Shown in pieces: positions 9,979 to 20,123 of a DNA stretch of 64,000 nt. The DNA is taken from NCBI GenBank assembly GCA_002352665.1, contig DEIV01000007.1, positions 39,766-103,765 of the forward strand, in the 5' to 3' direction. The notes beneath the pieces are model-generated. The model was given only the letters and a program-made list of their open reading frames with translations. It was not told where the DNA came from and ran no database searches. Each line of letters opens with the position of its first letter. Positions within the stretch are counted from its first letter, which is position 1. The position numbers and the translations under genes are program-made. This DNA is from Flavobacteriaceae bacterium UBA2765. Lineage in GTDB: Bacteria; Bacteroidota; Bacteroidia; Flavobacteriales; Flavobacteriaceae.

Positions 9979-12072
9979 CTAATTATCTTGTGCCTGAATA
10001 GCTGTTATGATTACAGTATTATAAATATCCTCTACTGTACAACCTCTGCTTAAATCGTTAACAGGTTTGTTGAGACCTTGTAACATTGGTCCAATAGCTA
10101 ATGCTTTTGTTTCTCTTTGTACGGCTTTATAGGTATTATTACCTGTATTTAAATCAGGAAAAATAAATACACTTGCTTGACCGGCAACTTCTGAATTTGG
10201 TAATTTACTTTTTCCTACATTAATATCTACAGCGGCATCATATTGAATAGGGCCTTCTATTTTTAAGTCCGGTCGCATTTTTTTAACCAACTCAGTTGCT
10301 TTTCTCACACGTTCAACATCTTCTCCAACTCCAGAAGTACCTGAAGAATATGACAACATTGCTATTTTTGGTTCTATACCAAAAGCGGTACTCGTATCAG
10401 CAGAAGAAATAGCAATTTCTGCCAATTGTTCTGCATTAGGATTTGGGTTTATGGCACAATCACCAAAAACAGAAACTCTATCGTCTAAACACATAAAAAA
10501 CACAGATGAAACTACGGAGACACCGGGTTTGGTCTTAATAAATTGTAGGGCAGGCCTAATAGTGTGTTGTGTGGTATGAACGGCACCGGAAACCATACCA
10601 TCTGCATGACCTTTGTGTACCATCATAGTACCAAAATAGGACACATCTTCCATTAAATCATGAGCCATCGCTAAATTTACATTTTTATGTTTTCGCAATT
10701 CATATAGTGTAGTTGCATAATCTTCAAAATTAGAAGATTTAGTGGGGTTTATAATGGAGACCTTATCTAGATCTAATGTAATATCACATTGTGATAATTT
10801 TTTCTTAATCTGAGTTCTATCACCCAGTAAAGTAATTTCTACAGCATTAGTGCTTATCAATTGTTTGGCAGCCAACAAAATACGTTCATCAGTCCCTTCC
10901 GGTAATACAATATGCTTTTTATTTAATTTGGCTCTTTTAAGCAAGTTATATTGAAACATTCTTGGAGAAATGCCCTCTGCTTGGAAAGTAATTAACCTTT
11001 CTTCTAACGCATCAATCGGTATGAACTTTTCAAAGTCGCTGATTGAAGTCTTTATTTTATTTATATTTTCAGCATACATTCTTGGTTGTATGGCTCCAAT
11101 TTTATTAGTAATACTATAAGTGCCACCTTTGACCAATACTATAGGTACAATATCAGATAAACCTTTTATTAGTTTTATAATTGATTTTTCAGGTTTTAAT
11201 CCTCCGGTAAGAATAATCCCAGATATAGCTGGGTAGTTTGCCGAGATATTTGCCTGTAAAGCTCCTAAGATTAAATCGGCTCGGTCTCCCGGAGTAATTA
11301 CCAAACTATTTTCTTCCAAATAAGTAAGATAATGTCTTAATTGCATAGCACCTACACTATAAGCCCCTGCTTGGTTATTTATATAAGATTTTCCAAATAA
11401 AACTTTACCATTCAATACTTCAACAATTTCTTTAACCGTAGGATTTGCTAATTTTACGTTTAAGGGGATTACACCTTTAAGTACATCAGTAGGTAAATTC
11501 TTTTCTAATTCTTTTTGTACCAAGTCAACATTTTTGGCTTCTACTTTATTAGCAGTAACCATGAGTACTTCTGCCCCCTTATCTTTATACAAATCATAAG
11601 CTAAATATAAATTGCTAACCAATTCAACCAGGGTTTTACCAACGCCACTAGTAATAATGATTGTGGGGATACTTAAGTTTTTTGCAATGAGTACGTTAAT
11701 GTCCCATTCTACAATAGAACCTTCTCCAGAAAAATCTGTTCCTTCTACCAATATGAAGTCAAAACGATCTTCAATTACTTTATATTTTTCAATTATTGTG
11801 GTGATAATTTCATCATCTTTATTTTGATTTTTCTTATGAATAACTTCACTTATTGTAAACGCATAAGCTTCTTCATATTTAATTTTTAAATCAAAGTAAT
11901 TTAAGATAGTATTGATATGATTATCTACTTTACCTTCTTCATAGTCACTAATAATTGGCCTAAAATATCCAACTTTAGCTGTTTTACTTAACAACATTTG
12001 CATCAGCCCAATAGAAACGATGGATTTACCACTTTTAGGTTCTGTTGTGGCAATATATACAGCCTTGTTCAT
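9979..12072 (-). CDS. pta: Phosphate acetyltransferase, long form with BioD-like and DRTGG domains
   Basis: N-terminal GKSIVSIG and TPGDRAD; PTA domain IVLPEG, DCAINPNP, AMLSYS, GPIQYDAA, FPDLNTGN and DLSRG. Confidence 0.97.
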   Translation of the reverse strand: MNKAVYIATTEPKSGKSIVSIGLMQMLLSKTAKVGYFRPIISDYEEGKVDNHINTILNYFDLKIKYEEAYAFTISEVIHKKNQNKDDEIITTIIEKYKVIEDRFDFILVEGTDFSGEGSIVEWDINVLIAKNLSIPTIIITSGVGKTLVELVSNLYLAYDLYKDKGAEVLMVTANKVEAKNVDLVQKELEKNLPTDVLKGVIPLNVKLANPTVKEIVEVLNGKVLFGKSYINNQAGAYSVGAMQLRHYLTYLEENSLVITPGDRADLILGALQANISANYPAISGIILTGGLKPEKSIIKLIKGLSDIVPIVLVKGGTYSITNKIGAIQPRMYAENINKIKTSISDFEKFIPIDALEERLITFQAEGISPRMFQYNLLKRAKLNKKHIVLPEGTDERILLAAKQLISTNAVEITLLGDRTQIKKKLSQCDITLDLDKVSIINPTKSSNFEDYATTLYELRKHKNVNLAMAHDLMEDVSYFGTMMVHKGHADGMVSGAVHTTQHTIRPALQFIKTKPGVSVVSSVFFMCLDDRVSVFGDCAINPNPNAEQLAEIAISSADTSTAFGIEPKIAMLSYSSGTSGVGEDVERVRKATELVKKMRPDLKIEGPIQYDAAVDINVGKSKLPNSEVAGQASVFIFPDLNTGNNTYKAVQRETKALAIGPMLQGLNKPVNDLSRGCTVEDIYNTVIITAIQAQDN

Positions 12073-12094
12073 TTAATTTTTTAAATTTAAGTTG

Positions 12095-12102
12095 CAAATT
12101 TA
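12095..12102 (-). promoter_or_regulatory. Bacteroidota -7 promoter box for pta-ackA
   Basis: TAAATTTG on the minus strand matches TAnnTTTG, about 23 nt upstream of the pta start. Confidence 0.6.
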
Positions 12103-12294
12103 CATAATCTTTTGTCCTTTTATATTGTAAATGACGTTTAAATATTCTTAATTTATCTTAATTATTAATAACAATTTCAAAATGTAGTATTTTTTAAAGA
12201 AAATTTGTTTTGGTGTATTACCATGTAAATTTAAATAAAGGAAAAAAGGAAAAATTAAGAATGATGAGATTAAAAATTTATTGTATTTTGCCTC

Positions 12295-12318
12295 AAATTG
12301 TACTGACAAGTACAATTT
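12295..12318. promoter_or_regulatory. Palindromic operator, GntR-family-like
   Basis: Perfect 10-bp inverted repeat AAATTGTACT-gaca-AGTACAATTT ending 36 nt before the symporter start; TTGT..ACAA core. Confidence 0.6.
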
Positions 12319-12354
12319 TTGTATTTAAAAGACTATTTTAATTAATATAGGATT

Positions 12355-14001
12355 ATGAATTGGATAGATTACAGCATCATTTTGGCTTATATTATATTTT
12401 TCTTAGGAATCGGTTTCTTTTTCAAAGAAAATAAAAATTCAAAAGATTATTTTTTAGGTGGAAGAAGTATGGGCTGGTTTCCACTAAGTCTTTCTACAAT
12501 GGCTACTCAATTATCGGCCATTAGTTTTATATCAGCACCAGCTTTTGTAGGATTAAAATTAGGCGGTGGTATGAAGTGGTTAACCTTCGAATTTGCTGTT
12601 CCTTTAGCTATGATCTTTATTATGATCGTTATCATTCCTCCTTTATTTCGCTCTGGAGTAGTAAGTATTTATGAGTTTGTTGAAAAGAGATTTAGTGTTT
12701 CAACAAGACTAATTTTAAGTATTGTCTTTCAAATAAGCCGTGCATTAGGAACAGGAGTAATGGTCTATACTATTGCTATAATTCTACAGGCTGTATTAGA
12801 TATTGATTATGTCTACACAATATTAATTATTAGTGTAATTACTATTATTTATTCTTGGCAAGGTGGTATGAAAGCAGTAGTTTGGGGAGATGCCATACAG
12901 ATGATTATCTTATTTGGCGGCTTAGTCATCTGTCTTTATTATGGATGGAATCTTCTAGAAGAACATGGTGGATTGACCCAAGGTTTTGATCCAGAACGTT
13001 TAAAAGTTATTGATTATAATCTGGGTATTGGAGAAGGGAATGAATATGGTTTTTTGCCAATGCTTATAGGAGGGTTCTTTTTATATGTTTCTTATTATGG
13101 ATGTGATCAAACACAAGCCCAACGTCTTTTGTCTGCGAAAGATGAAAAAACTATTCGTACTTTATTACTTGCAAATGGGCTTTTGCGTTTTCCGGTAGTA
13201 TTGGTTTATTCTATTATGGGATTAGTTCTGGGAGGATTGATAACTTTAGCACCAGATTTTTTAAATGATATTGCCCTAGCAACGCAAAAACATTTTCCTG
13301 CAGAGTTTGAAAAAAGTGGCATGAAGGCAGACTTAATGGTACCAATATTTATTGTAAAGTATTTACCCCATGGATTTATAGGTATTTTAATGGTTGGAAT
13401 TCTTTCTGCTGCCATGTCATCTCTAAGTTCTACTGTTAATTCTTTATCAGCTGTTACTGTTGAAGATTTTTTTAATAGAGGAAAAAAGAAATTAAATGAT
13501 AAACAGTACATGTATATCTCTAAAGCCGCAGTGGTTTTTTGGGGTGTAATTTGTATTGCTGCTTCTTTTCTATTTGGAGGAAGTAAGAGTGCTGTTATAG
13601 AAATTATTAATGCCATTGGTTCTGTCTTTTATGGTCCTGTTTTGGTAACTTTTATATTAGCTTTTTTCTCAAAAAAAGTAAATCATATTGGCATGAATGC
13701 AGGAATAATAATAGCTGTATTCATTAATTTAATTTTTTCGAAAACCATACAAGAAATGTTTCATATTGACTTGGGTTTTGAAGTATTTTGGATTTGGCTG
13801 AACTTTACTGGTGTTATTATAGCTTTAGTTGTAGCATATATAGTTAGTATCTTTACAAAACATATTGCTGTGAAAAAGATTTCAAAAGTCAATTTTTCAT
13901 TAAAAGCATCAGACTTTTTAATCAAAGAAGTATATATTTTGGTAACGTTTTTTATAGCAATCTTGGTGTTTAGTTTTTACTTACCTTCCATTTTACAATA
14001 A
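12355..14001 (+). CDS. Sodium:solute symporter (SSS) family transporter
   Basis: Multi-TM protein with DYFLGGRSMGW, GGMKAVVWGDAIQ, YGCDQTQAQRLL and AAMSSLSS motifs. Confidence 0.93.
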   Translation: MNWIDYSIILAYIIFFLGIGFFFKENKNSKDYFLGGRSMGWFPLSLSTMATQLSAISFISAPAFVGLKLGGGMKWLTFEFAVPLAMIFIMIVIIPPLFRSGVVSIYEFVEKRFSVSTRLILSIVFQISRALGTGVMVYTIAIILQAVLDIDYVYTILIISVITIIYSWQGGMKAVVWGDAIQMIILFGGLVICLYYGWNLLEEHGGLTQGFDPERLKVIDYNLGIGEGNEYGFLPMLIGGFFLYVSYYGCDQTQAQRLLSAKDEKTIRTLLLANGLLRFPVVLVYSIMGLVLGGLITLAPDFLNDIALATQKHFPAEFEKSGMKADLMVPIFIVKYLPHGFIGILMVGILSAAMSSLSSTVNSLSAVTVEDFFNRGKKKLNDKQYMYISKAAVVFWGVICIAASFLFGGSKSAVIEIINAIGSVFYGPVLVTFILAFFSKKVNHIGMNAGIIIAVFINLIFSKTIQEMFHIDLGFEVFWIWLNFTGVIIALVVAYIVSIFTKHIAVKKISKVNFSLKASDFLIKEVYILVTFFIAILVFSFYLPSILQ

Positions 14002-14035
14002 ATTTTAAAAAACATAATAATATATTGAAATAGAC

Positions 14036-15700
14036 ATGATTAATATTTTAAAGAATCTCTATGGCAATCGTGCAGAATGGATTGTAGATAATATTGAGAA
14101 ATTAGTCGATGATTATAAAGATAAGATTAATAATCAAGAATATTCTCTCTCAGAAAAGGATATGCTACTAATTACTTATGGTGATAATATTCAAAAACAA
14201 AATCAAACTCATTTGAAGACATTAAAAGATTTTGTAGATAATTATTGTTTACCTGAAATCAACAGTACACATATTCTTCCTTTTTTTCCTTATACATCTG
14301 ATGATGGTTTTTCAATAACCGATTATTTTAAAGTTGATCCAAAATTAGGTACATGGGATGATATTTCAAATTTATCTGATACTAGTAACTTAATGTTTGA
14401 TGCTGTGGTAAATCACATGTCCAAGTCATCTCATTGGTTTAAGTCGTTTTTGGCGGAGGCACCTAGGTTTCAAGATTTTTTTAAAGCTGTTAACCCCAAT
14501 GTAGATTTGTCTAAAGTGGTTAGACCTAGAGTATTACCATTATTAACTCCATTTAAGGATAAAAATGATAAAGAAAAGCTTATTTGGACTACTTTTAGTG
14601 AAGACCAGGTAGATTTAAATTATGAATCTCCTGAGGTTTTTATTGCTATTTTAGAAGTATTATTATTCTATATATCTAAAGGGGCAAAATTGATTAGATT
14701 AGATGCTATTGCCTTTATTTGGAAAGAAATAGGAACAACATGTATTCATCTTCCAGAAACACATATTATTATTAAGTTGTATAGAAAAATTCTAGCCTCT
14801 GTTAACCCTAATCTTATTTTTATTACAGAAACTAATGTTCCTCATCAAGAAAATATATCTTATTTTGGTAATGGGTATGATGAAGCTCAAATGGTCTATA
14901 ATTTTACCTTGTCGCCGCTATTAGTATATTCTATTATGGAAGGTAATACTGAAGTGCTGTCCAAATGGGCTAATTCATTGGTGCTTCCAAGTGATGAAGT
15001 ATGTTTTTTTAATTTTACTGCTAGTCATGATGGTATTGGTATGAGACCACTTCAAGGAATTATTTCAGATATAGAAATAACTAAACTTGCCAATCGTACT
15101 GAGCAACATGGAGGCCAAGTGTCGTATAAAAATAATGAAGATGGTACACAATCACCCTATGAGTTGAATTGTAGCTATGTAGATCTCATCAGTAAAAATG
15201 ATGAAGATGATAACATAAGAGTTCAAAAAATGATGTTGACGCAAGCGGTAATGTTAGCCATGCCTGGCATTCCTGGTATCTATTTACATTCATTGGTAGG
15301 TTCCCAAAATTATTATAAAGGTGTTGAAGCTTCTGGAATTAAACGAAGGATAAATAGAGAAAAGCTTTTTATGAATGAATTGTCAAATCAATTGTCTGAT
15401 AAGAAAAGTTTAAGGTATAAAATATTTACATCTTATAAGCATGTATTAGGTATTCGCTCTGGAGAAAAGGCGTTTCACCCATATGGAAAAGCAGAATATT
15501 TAAATATTGATAAAAGATTGTTCATCATACAAAGAAAGTATAAAGATGATACTATTTATACTATATATAATTTTTCTAATGAATTAGTACAAATTAAGGG
15601 GCTTTACTCAAATGTTATTAATTTATTGGATGGAATTGAAGTAAAAGATCATGATTGGCAAATAGAACCATATGCTTTCTATTGGTTCAAGAAAAAATAA
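14036..15700 (+). CDS. GH13_18 glycoside phosphorylase, probably glucosylglycerate phosphorylase (YcjM-like)
   Basis: HILPFFP, SDDGF, nucleophile RLDAIAF, acid/base TETNVP, ASHDGIG and loop PYELN; adjacent to a glycerate kinase. Confidence 0.8.
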   Translation: MINILKNLYGNRAEWIVDNIEKLVDDYKDKINNQEYSLSEKDMLLITYGDNIQKQNQTHLKTLKDFVDNYCLPEINSTHILPFFPYTSDDGFSITDYFKVDPKLGTWDDISNLSDTSNLMFDAVVNHMSKSSHWFKSFLAEAPRFQDFFKAVNPNVDLSKVVRPRVLPLLTPFKDKNDKEKLIWTTFSEDQVDLNYESPEVFIAILEVLLFYISKGAKLIRLDAIAFIWKEIGTTCIHLPETHIIIKLYRKILASVNPNLIFITETNVPHQENISYFGNGYDEAQMVYNFTLSPLLVYSIMEGNTEVLSKWANSLVLPSDEVCFFNFTASHDGIGMRPLQGIISDIEITKLANRTEQHGGQVSYKNNEDGTQSPYELNCSYVDLISKNDEDDNIRVQKMMLTQAVMLAMPGIPGIYLHSLVGSQNYYKGVEASGIKRRINREKLFMNELSNQLSDKKSLRYKIFTSYKHVLGIRSGEKAFHPYGKAEYLNIDKRLFIIQRKYKDDTIYTIYNFSNELVQIKGLYSNVINLLDGIEVKDHDWQIEPYAFYWFKKK

Positions 15701-15708
15701 ATTTCAGA

Positions 15709-16839
15709 ATGAAAATAATACTTGCTCCTGATAAATATAAAGGTTCTTTAACTGGAATTCAATTTTGTAATGCAGTAACTGAAGGGATTCTATCAATTAA
15801 TCCTACATCAGAAATTATAAATATGCCTTTAGCAGATGGAGGAGATGGTACTATAGAAATTTTAGACTACCATTTACATGGGAAAAATATTAAATTGGAA
15901 GTAGAAAATCCTATCTTTAATCCTGTAGATGCAAATTATTTTTATATGGAATCTATAGATACTGCATACATAGAAATGGCAGAAGCATCAGGTATGAAAT
16001 TGCTAAGACCAGAAGAGCAAAATTGCATGTATACCACAACCTTTGGCACAGGAAAACTCATAGAAGATGCTATTAAAAAAGGAGCAAAAACCATTGTATT
16101 AGGGATAGGTGGTAGTGCCACTAACGATTGTGGTATAGGCATGGCTAAGGCTCTAGGTTATGATTTTCTCGATAAAAAAGGACAAACGATCATTCCTATT
16201 GGTAAGAACTTATTAAAAATAGATAAAATTGATACTTCCAATGTAATTAAAAGCTTAGATAAAGTAACCTTTAAAGTAGCTTGTGATGTTGCAAATCCTT
16301 TATATGGTCCGGATGGTGCCGCTTTTGTTTATGCACCTCAGAAAGGAGCTTCACCCACTCAAGTTAAAGCTTTAGATAGAGGCTTAAAACATTTTTCTGA
16401 TATAATTACGGCTCAGTTTGGGATAGATTTACAAAAAATTAAAGGTACAGGTGCTGCAGGTGGAATGGGAGCAGGGTCTTTAATATTTTTAAATGCTAAA
16501 TTATTTTCAGGGATAGATTTAGTGAAAGAACTCATAGATTTTGATCATCAAATAATAGAAGCTGATTGGATCATAACAGGAGAAGGAAAGTTAGATAGTC
16601 AAACATTATCAGGAAAAACTATTCATGGTGTACTCAGTTCTGCAAAAAAACATAATGTACCAGTGGCTGCTTTATGTGGACACATAGCATTGCCAGAAGA
16701 TGCATTAAAAGATTTTGGGATATCTTATGTTGATACAGTTATAGATAGAGCAGAATCTATAAAAGATGCCATGAATAATAGTTATACTTATCTTTTAAAG
16801 ATGGCGAAAGATTTTGCTAAAAAAAAGTTAGTGAAGTAA
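15709..16839 (+). CDS. glxK: Glycerate kinase (GlxK/GarK class I)
   Basis: APDKYKGSL, ADGGDGT, GIGGSATND, GAAGG, TGEG and SGK motifs. Start moved from 15655 to ATG 15709 (MKIILAPD). Confidence 0.93.
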   Translation: MKIILAPDKYKGSLTGIQFCNAVTEGILSINPTSEIINMPLADGGDGTIEILDYHLHGKNIKLEVENPIFNPVDANYFYMESIDTAYIEMAEASGMKLLRPEEQNCMYTTTFGTGKLIEDAIKKGAKTIVLGIGGSATNDCGIGMAKALGYDFLDKKGQTIIPIGKNLLKIDKIDTSNVIKSLDKVTFKVACDVANPLYGPDGAAFVYAPQKGASPTQVKALDRGLKHFSDIITAQFGIDLQKIKGTGAAGGMGAGSLIFLNAKLFSGIDLVKELIDFDHQIIEADWIITGEGKLDSQTLSGKTIHGVLSSAKKHNVPVAALCGHIALPEDALKDFGISYVDTVIDRAESIKDAMNNSYTYLLKMAKDFAKKKLVK

Positions 16840-16941
16840 TAATTTTCTACCTGTAGCTTTGCCAAATTTTTAAAACCCAAAAGAACCAAACTCTTTTTTA
16901 TACGAATATTGATTCACCTTTAGCGAATATGAATTCATGCT

Positions 16942-16971
16942 TTTGTTTAAGGAACTTCTAAATTACATTTG
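16942..16971 (+). promoter_or_regulatory. Bacteroidota -33/-7 promoter
   Basis: TTTG (16942-16945), 18-nt spacer, TACATTTG (16964-16971). Confidence 0.6.
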
Positions 16972-17010
16972 TTCCAATAATTAAATGCTATTTAAAAAAG
17001 AAAATAACTA

Positions 17011-17118
17011 ATGAATGAAATATTTTTTAACCATCTAAAAAACGACATATATGGGAAAATTGCTGTGAAAAACAAGAATTTGTCTTATAAAAAAAGGCAG
17101 ATTCATATTCCCAAATAA
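17011..17118 (+). CDS. Putative 35-aa small protein (MNEIFFNHLKNDIYGKIAVKNKNLSYKKRQIHIPK), or an sRNA locus
   Basis: Below the ORF-track cutoff. Has an A-rich initiation context and is bracketed by its own promoter and terminator. Confidence 0.45.
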   Translation: MNEIFFNHLKNDIYGKIAVKNKNLSYKKRQIHIPK

Positions 17119-17186
17119 AATTCCTTTCTCAACAAAGAGAATGAGTAATATTATAAAATTGTTATAGTGTTTAGTTGGTTGAGAAG

Positions 17187-17220
17187 ATTGCCTACAGAAA
17201 TGTGGGCAATTTTCGTTTTA
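17187..17220 (+). terminator. Intrinsic terminator
   Basis: ATTGCCTACA-GAAA-TGTGGGCAAT (10 bp, one G.U pair, GNRA loop) followed by TTTCGTTTTA. Confidence 0.8.
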
Positions 17221-17570
17221 TATTTTCTTTTCTAAAGAATCACATTAAAACTTTTCGAGTATAGATTCACTAGTTTTTTTGAAACTATGCTCATTTACTT
17301 TTGTTCTTGAAAAAGTTAAGAAGAGAACTCAATTGATTAATTAAATATAATTATAAACAAATTTAGTAGTTATACTATACAAATGTTCATCAATCATCTG
17401 CAAATATAGATTCATTAAATGGGTTTCAATAAATAGTTGTTATTTTCGTTCCTTAAATAGAAAGATCAGATATTATTATTATTTAAATTAAAAATTAAAT
17501 ACTAAGGCATTTGTAACAACTTTATAAGATTCAAAAATTCAACCTATTAATTAAGCTGTTTCTCAATTTT

Positions 17571-19235
17571 ATGAAATATAAAAAATACATATTATTTTCT
17601 TTCTACCTTTTTTCCAATATATTCTCTTCATTTGGCCAAGATATAGATATAGAACAACTCTTTGAGGATAAGGAATATAGTAAAGTAATCGCTGTATTAT
17701 TAGATAAAGACACAGAAAATAAACTCTCTTTAAGAGATTATTATTTATTAACAAAATCTTATGGAAAAACCAAAAGATATACTGATGGTTTAGTGTATTC
17801 AAATGAAATGATAAAAGAGTGTTTAAAAAGAAATGATACAACAAACTTAACCAAAGCCTATAATTTAAAAGCAGAAAACCTTATTGATTTAAATCAAATA
17901 AAACCAGGAATTAAATTTTGCGAATCTGTTAGCCCTACTTTTAGAAAACAAGATTCAGTTGCATTTCAACTATTGTGTTTTAAATGGGGAATGTTATATC
18001 ATAAAAACAAAGAATTTCAAAAAGCATATGACACCTATAATAAAATTACATTAAAAAAATATAGAAACTTATTTTTATTTGACAATAACTATGCGATAAT
18101 ATTAGAAGGCTTAGGTAAATATAATGAAGCTATTAAATACTCGAAAAAAGCAGTACAAAAAATTTATGATGATCATCGTGATGTTGTTATTGGACTCACA
18201 AATATTGCTATAATACTACAAAAACAAATGCTTTGGGAAGAAGCAAGAGTTTATTTAGATTCTGCTGAAAACTCAATATCAAAAAACACACCATTACGTT
18301 CTCAAAAATATGTCTATGAGCGTTATTATGAATATCATCAAATTACTAAAAATACATTTTATGCCAGCATATATTTAGAGTTTATAAATGATATTAATGA
18401 AGAGATTTTTAATAAAAGATTTGATGAAGAAATACAAGCTTTAAAAACATCACATAAAAGAGAAACTTTACTAGATAACAAACTAGAAACCTCACGTAAA
18501 GAAAAATTATGGGGTACAATTATTTTACTGTTTATTATTATTGTATTACTCTCCATACTCTACCTATTTAAATATAGAAACATCAAAGCCGCACATAAAA
18601 CGGTAATGACAGAACAAAAACTGCTTCGCTCACAAATGACACCTCACTTTATTTTCAATTCTCTTTCTGTACTGCAAGGCATGATTCTAAATAAGGAAGA
18701 CAATAAAGCTGTACGTTACTTGTCAAAATTTTCAAAACTATTACGCCTCATATTAGAAAACTCCCGAGAAAAATTAGTGCCTATAGATGAGGAATTAAAA
18801 ACCATACAAAACTATGTAGACTTACATAACATGCGAAGTGAGGTTCCTTTTAAATTTACACTAGACTTAGATGAAAACCTTACAGAAGATGTTTTAATTC
18901 CTCCAATGCTTATTCAACCTTTTGTAGAGAATGCTATAGAACATGGTTTTAATAAAGATTTCAAAAATGCAGAAATTTCTATTGAGATAATTTTTAAAGA
19001 CAAGATGCTCGTTTGTGTTATAAAAGATAATGGTATTGGTCTTAATGCAAGAAAATTAAAATCTAAAAGCAATAAAAAATCACTATCAACAAGAATTACT
19101 TCAGAACGCTTAAAAATATTTTCTAAAGAATATAAAGTAAAAACTGAAGTTTCAATCCAAGATCGTAGTGTATTTAACGAACAAGGCACACAAATTAATT
19201 TAACTTTACCTTATAAAATAGATCAAGATGCTTAA
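17571..19235 (+). CDS. TPR-containing LytS-type sensor histidine kinase
   Basis: Signal peptide, TPR-like periplasmic region, one TM, LLRSQMTPHFIFNSL H-box, PPMLIQPFVENAIEHG and DNGIG. Confidence 0.9.
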   Translation: MKYKKYILFSFYLFSNIFSSFGQDIDIEQLFEDKEYSKVIAVLLDKDTENKLSLRDYYLLTKSYGKTKRYTDGLVYSNEMIKECLKRNDTTNLTKAYNLKAENLIDLNQIKPGIKFCESVSPTFRKQDSVAFQLLCFKWGMLYHKNKEFQKAYDTYNKITLKKYRNLFLFDNNYAIILEGLGKYNEAIKYSKKAVQKIYDDHRDVVIGLTNIAIILQKQMLWEEARVYLDSAENSISKNTPLRSQKYVYERYYEYHQITKNTFYASIYLEFINDINEEIFNKRFDEEIQALKTSHKRETLLDNKLETSRKEKLWGTIILLFIIIVLLSILYLFKYRNIKAAHKTVMTEQKLLRSQMTPHFIFNSLSVLQGMILNKEDNKAVRYLSKFSKLLRLILENSREKLVPIDEELKTIQNYVDLHNMRSEVPFKFTLDLDENLTEDVLIPPMLIQPFVENAIEHGFNKDFKNAEISIEIIFKDKMLVCVIKDNGIGLNARKLKSKSNKKSLSTRITSERLKIFSKEYKVKTEVSIQDRSVFNEQGTQINLTLPYKIDQDA

Positions 19236-19962
19236 AACCTTAATAGTAGAAGACGAACTTTATATTAGAAAAGGCCTAATATCAATGGTTCAAAGTTTAA
19301 ATAAAGATATTGATATCATTGGTGAATGCGAATCAGTAAGAGATGCGGTTAGTGTAACGAATGCTTGTAAACCAGATTTAATTTTTTTAGATATCAATCT
19401 AACTGATGGTAATGCTTTTGATTTTTTAGAACAAACAAATGAGTTGGCTTTTAAAGTTATTTTCATAACGGCTTATGAACAATATGCCTTACAAGCACTG
19501 AAAAACGGGGCAGTAGATTATATTTTAAAGCCTGTTGATATAGATGAGTTAGAACATGCAATAGACAAAGCAAATAGCCTAGAACCTACTGTTCAAAAGG
19601 AACAATTGCAAATTGTTAAAAATCAAATGATAGATAATCAAAAAGACAAGCTTGTATTACGTTTGCAAGAAGGTTATCAAGTTATTGATTTTAAATCGTT
19701 AATTTATTGCAAATCAGATAAAGGATATACTAGTTTTTATTTGTCTGATGGGAAGTCATATATGGCATCAAAACCCATCAAAGAATTTGAAGGACAACTT
19801 CCTGTCAAAAAATTTATCCGTACCCATCAATCATTTATTGTCAACATGGATTATGTAGATAAATATGATAAAAACGGATATATATTCTTAAAATCTGGAG
19901 AAAAAATACCAGTAGCTACGCGTAGAAAAGATGATTTTGTATCTAGATTATTGAATGAATAA
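19228..19962 (+). CDS. LytTR-family response regulator
   Basis: REC domain (IVEDE, FLDINL, ITAY, YILKP) and LytTR domain (FIRTHQSFIVN); overlaps the kinase gene by 8 nt. Confidence 0.93.
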   Translation: MLKTLIVEDELYIRKGLISMVQSLNKDIDIIGECESVRDAVSVTNACKPDLIFLDINLTDGNAFDFLEQTNELAFKVIFITAYEQYALQALKNGAVDYILKPVDIDELEHAIDKANSLEPTVQKEQLQIVKNQMIDNQKDKLVLRLQEGYQVIDFKSLIYCKSDKGYTSFYLSDGKSYMASKPIKEFEGQLPVKKFIRTHQSFIVNMDYVDKYDKNGYIFLKSGEKIPVATRRKDDFVSRLLNE

Positions 19963-20123
19963 TAGATAAATTTTACATTTTATAACACATTATCAGATAA
20001 CAGGTTAAATGAAACGAATATCAACCCAATGCTATCGAATATATATTAGTTGATAATTATAACCTAATAACAATTATTTTAGCCTTATCAAAGAGAATAA
20101 ATATTTTTATAAATTTTACTAAA

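Noticed and set aside
14036-15700. Sucrose phosphorylase or alpha-amylase label
   Set aside because: The ETN and YELN loops and the adjacent glycerate kinase fit glucosylglycerate phosphorylase better.
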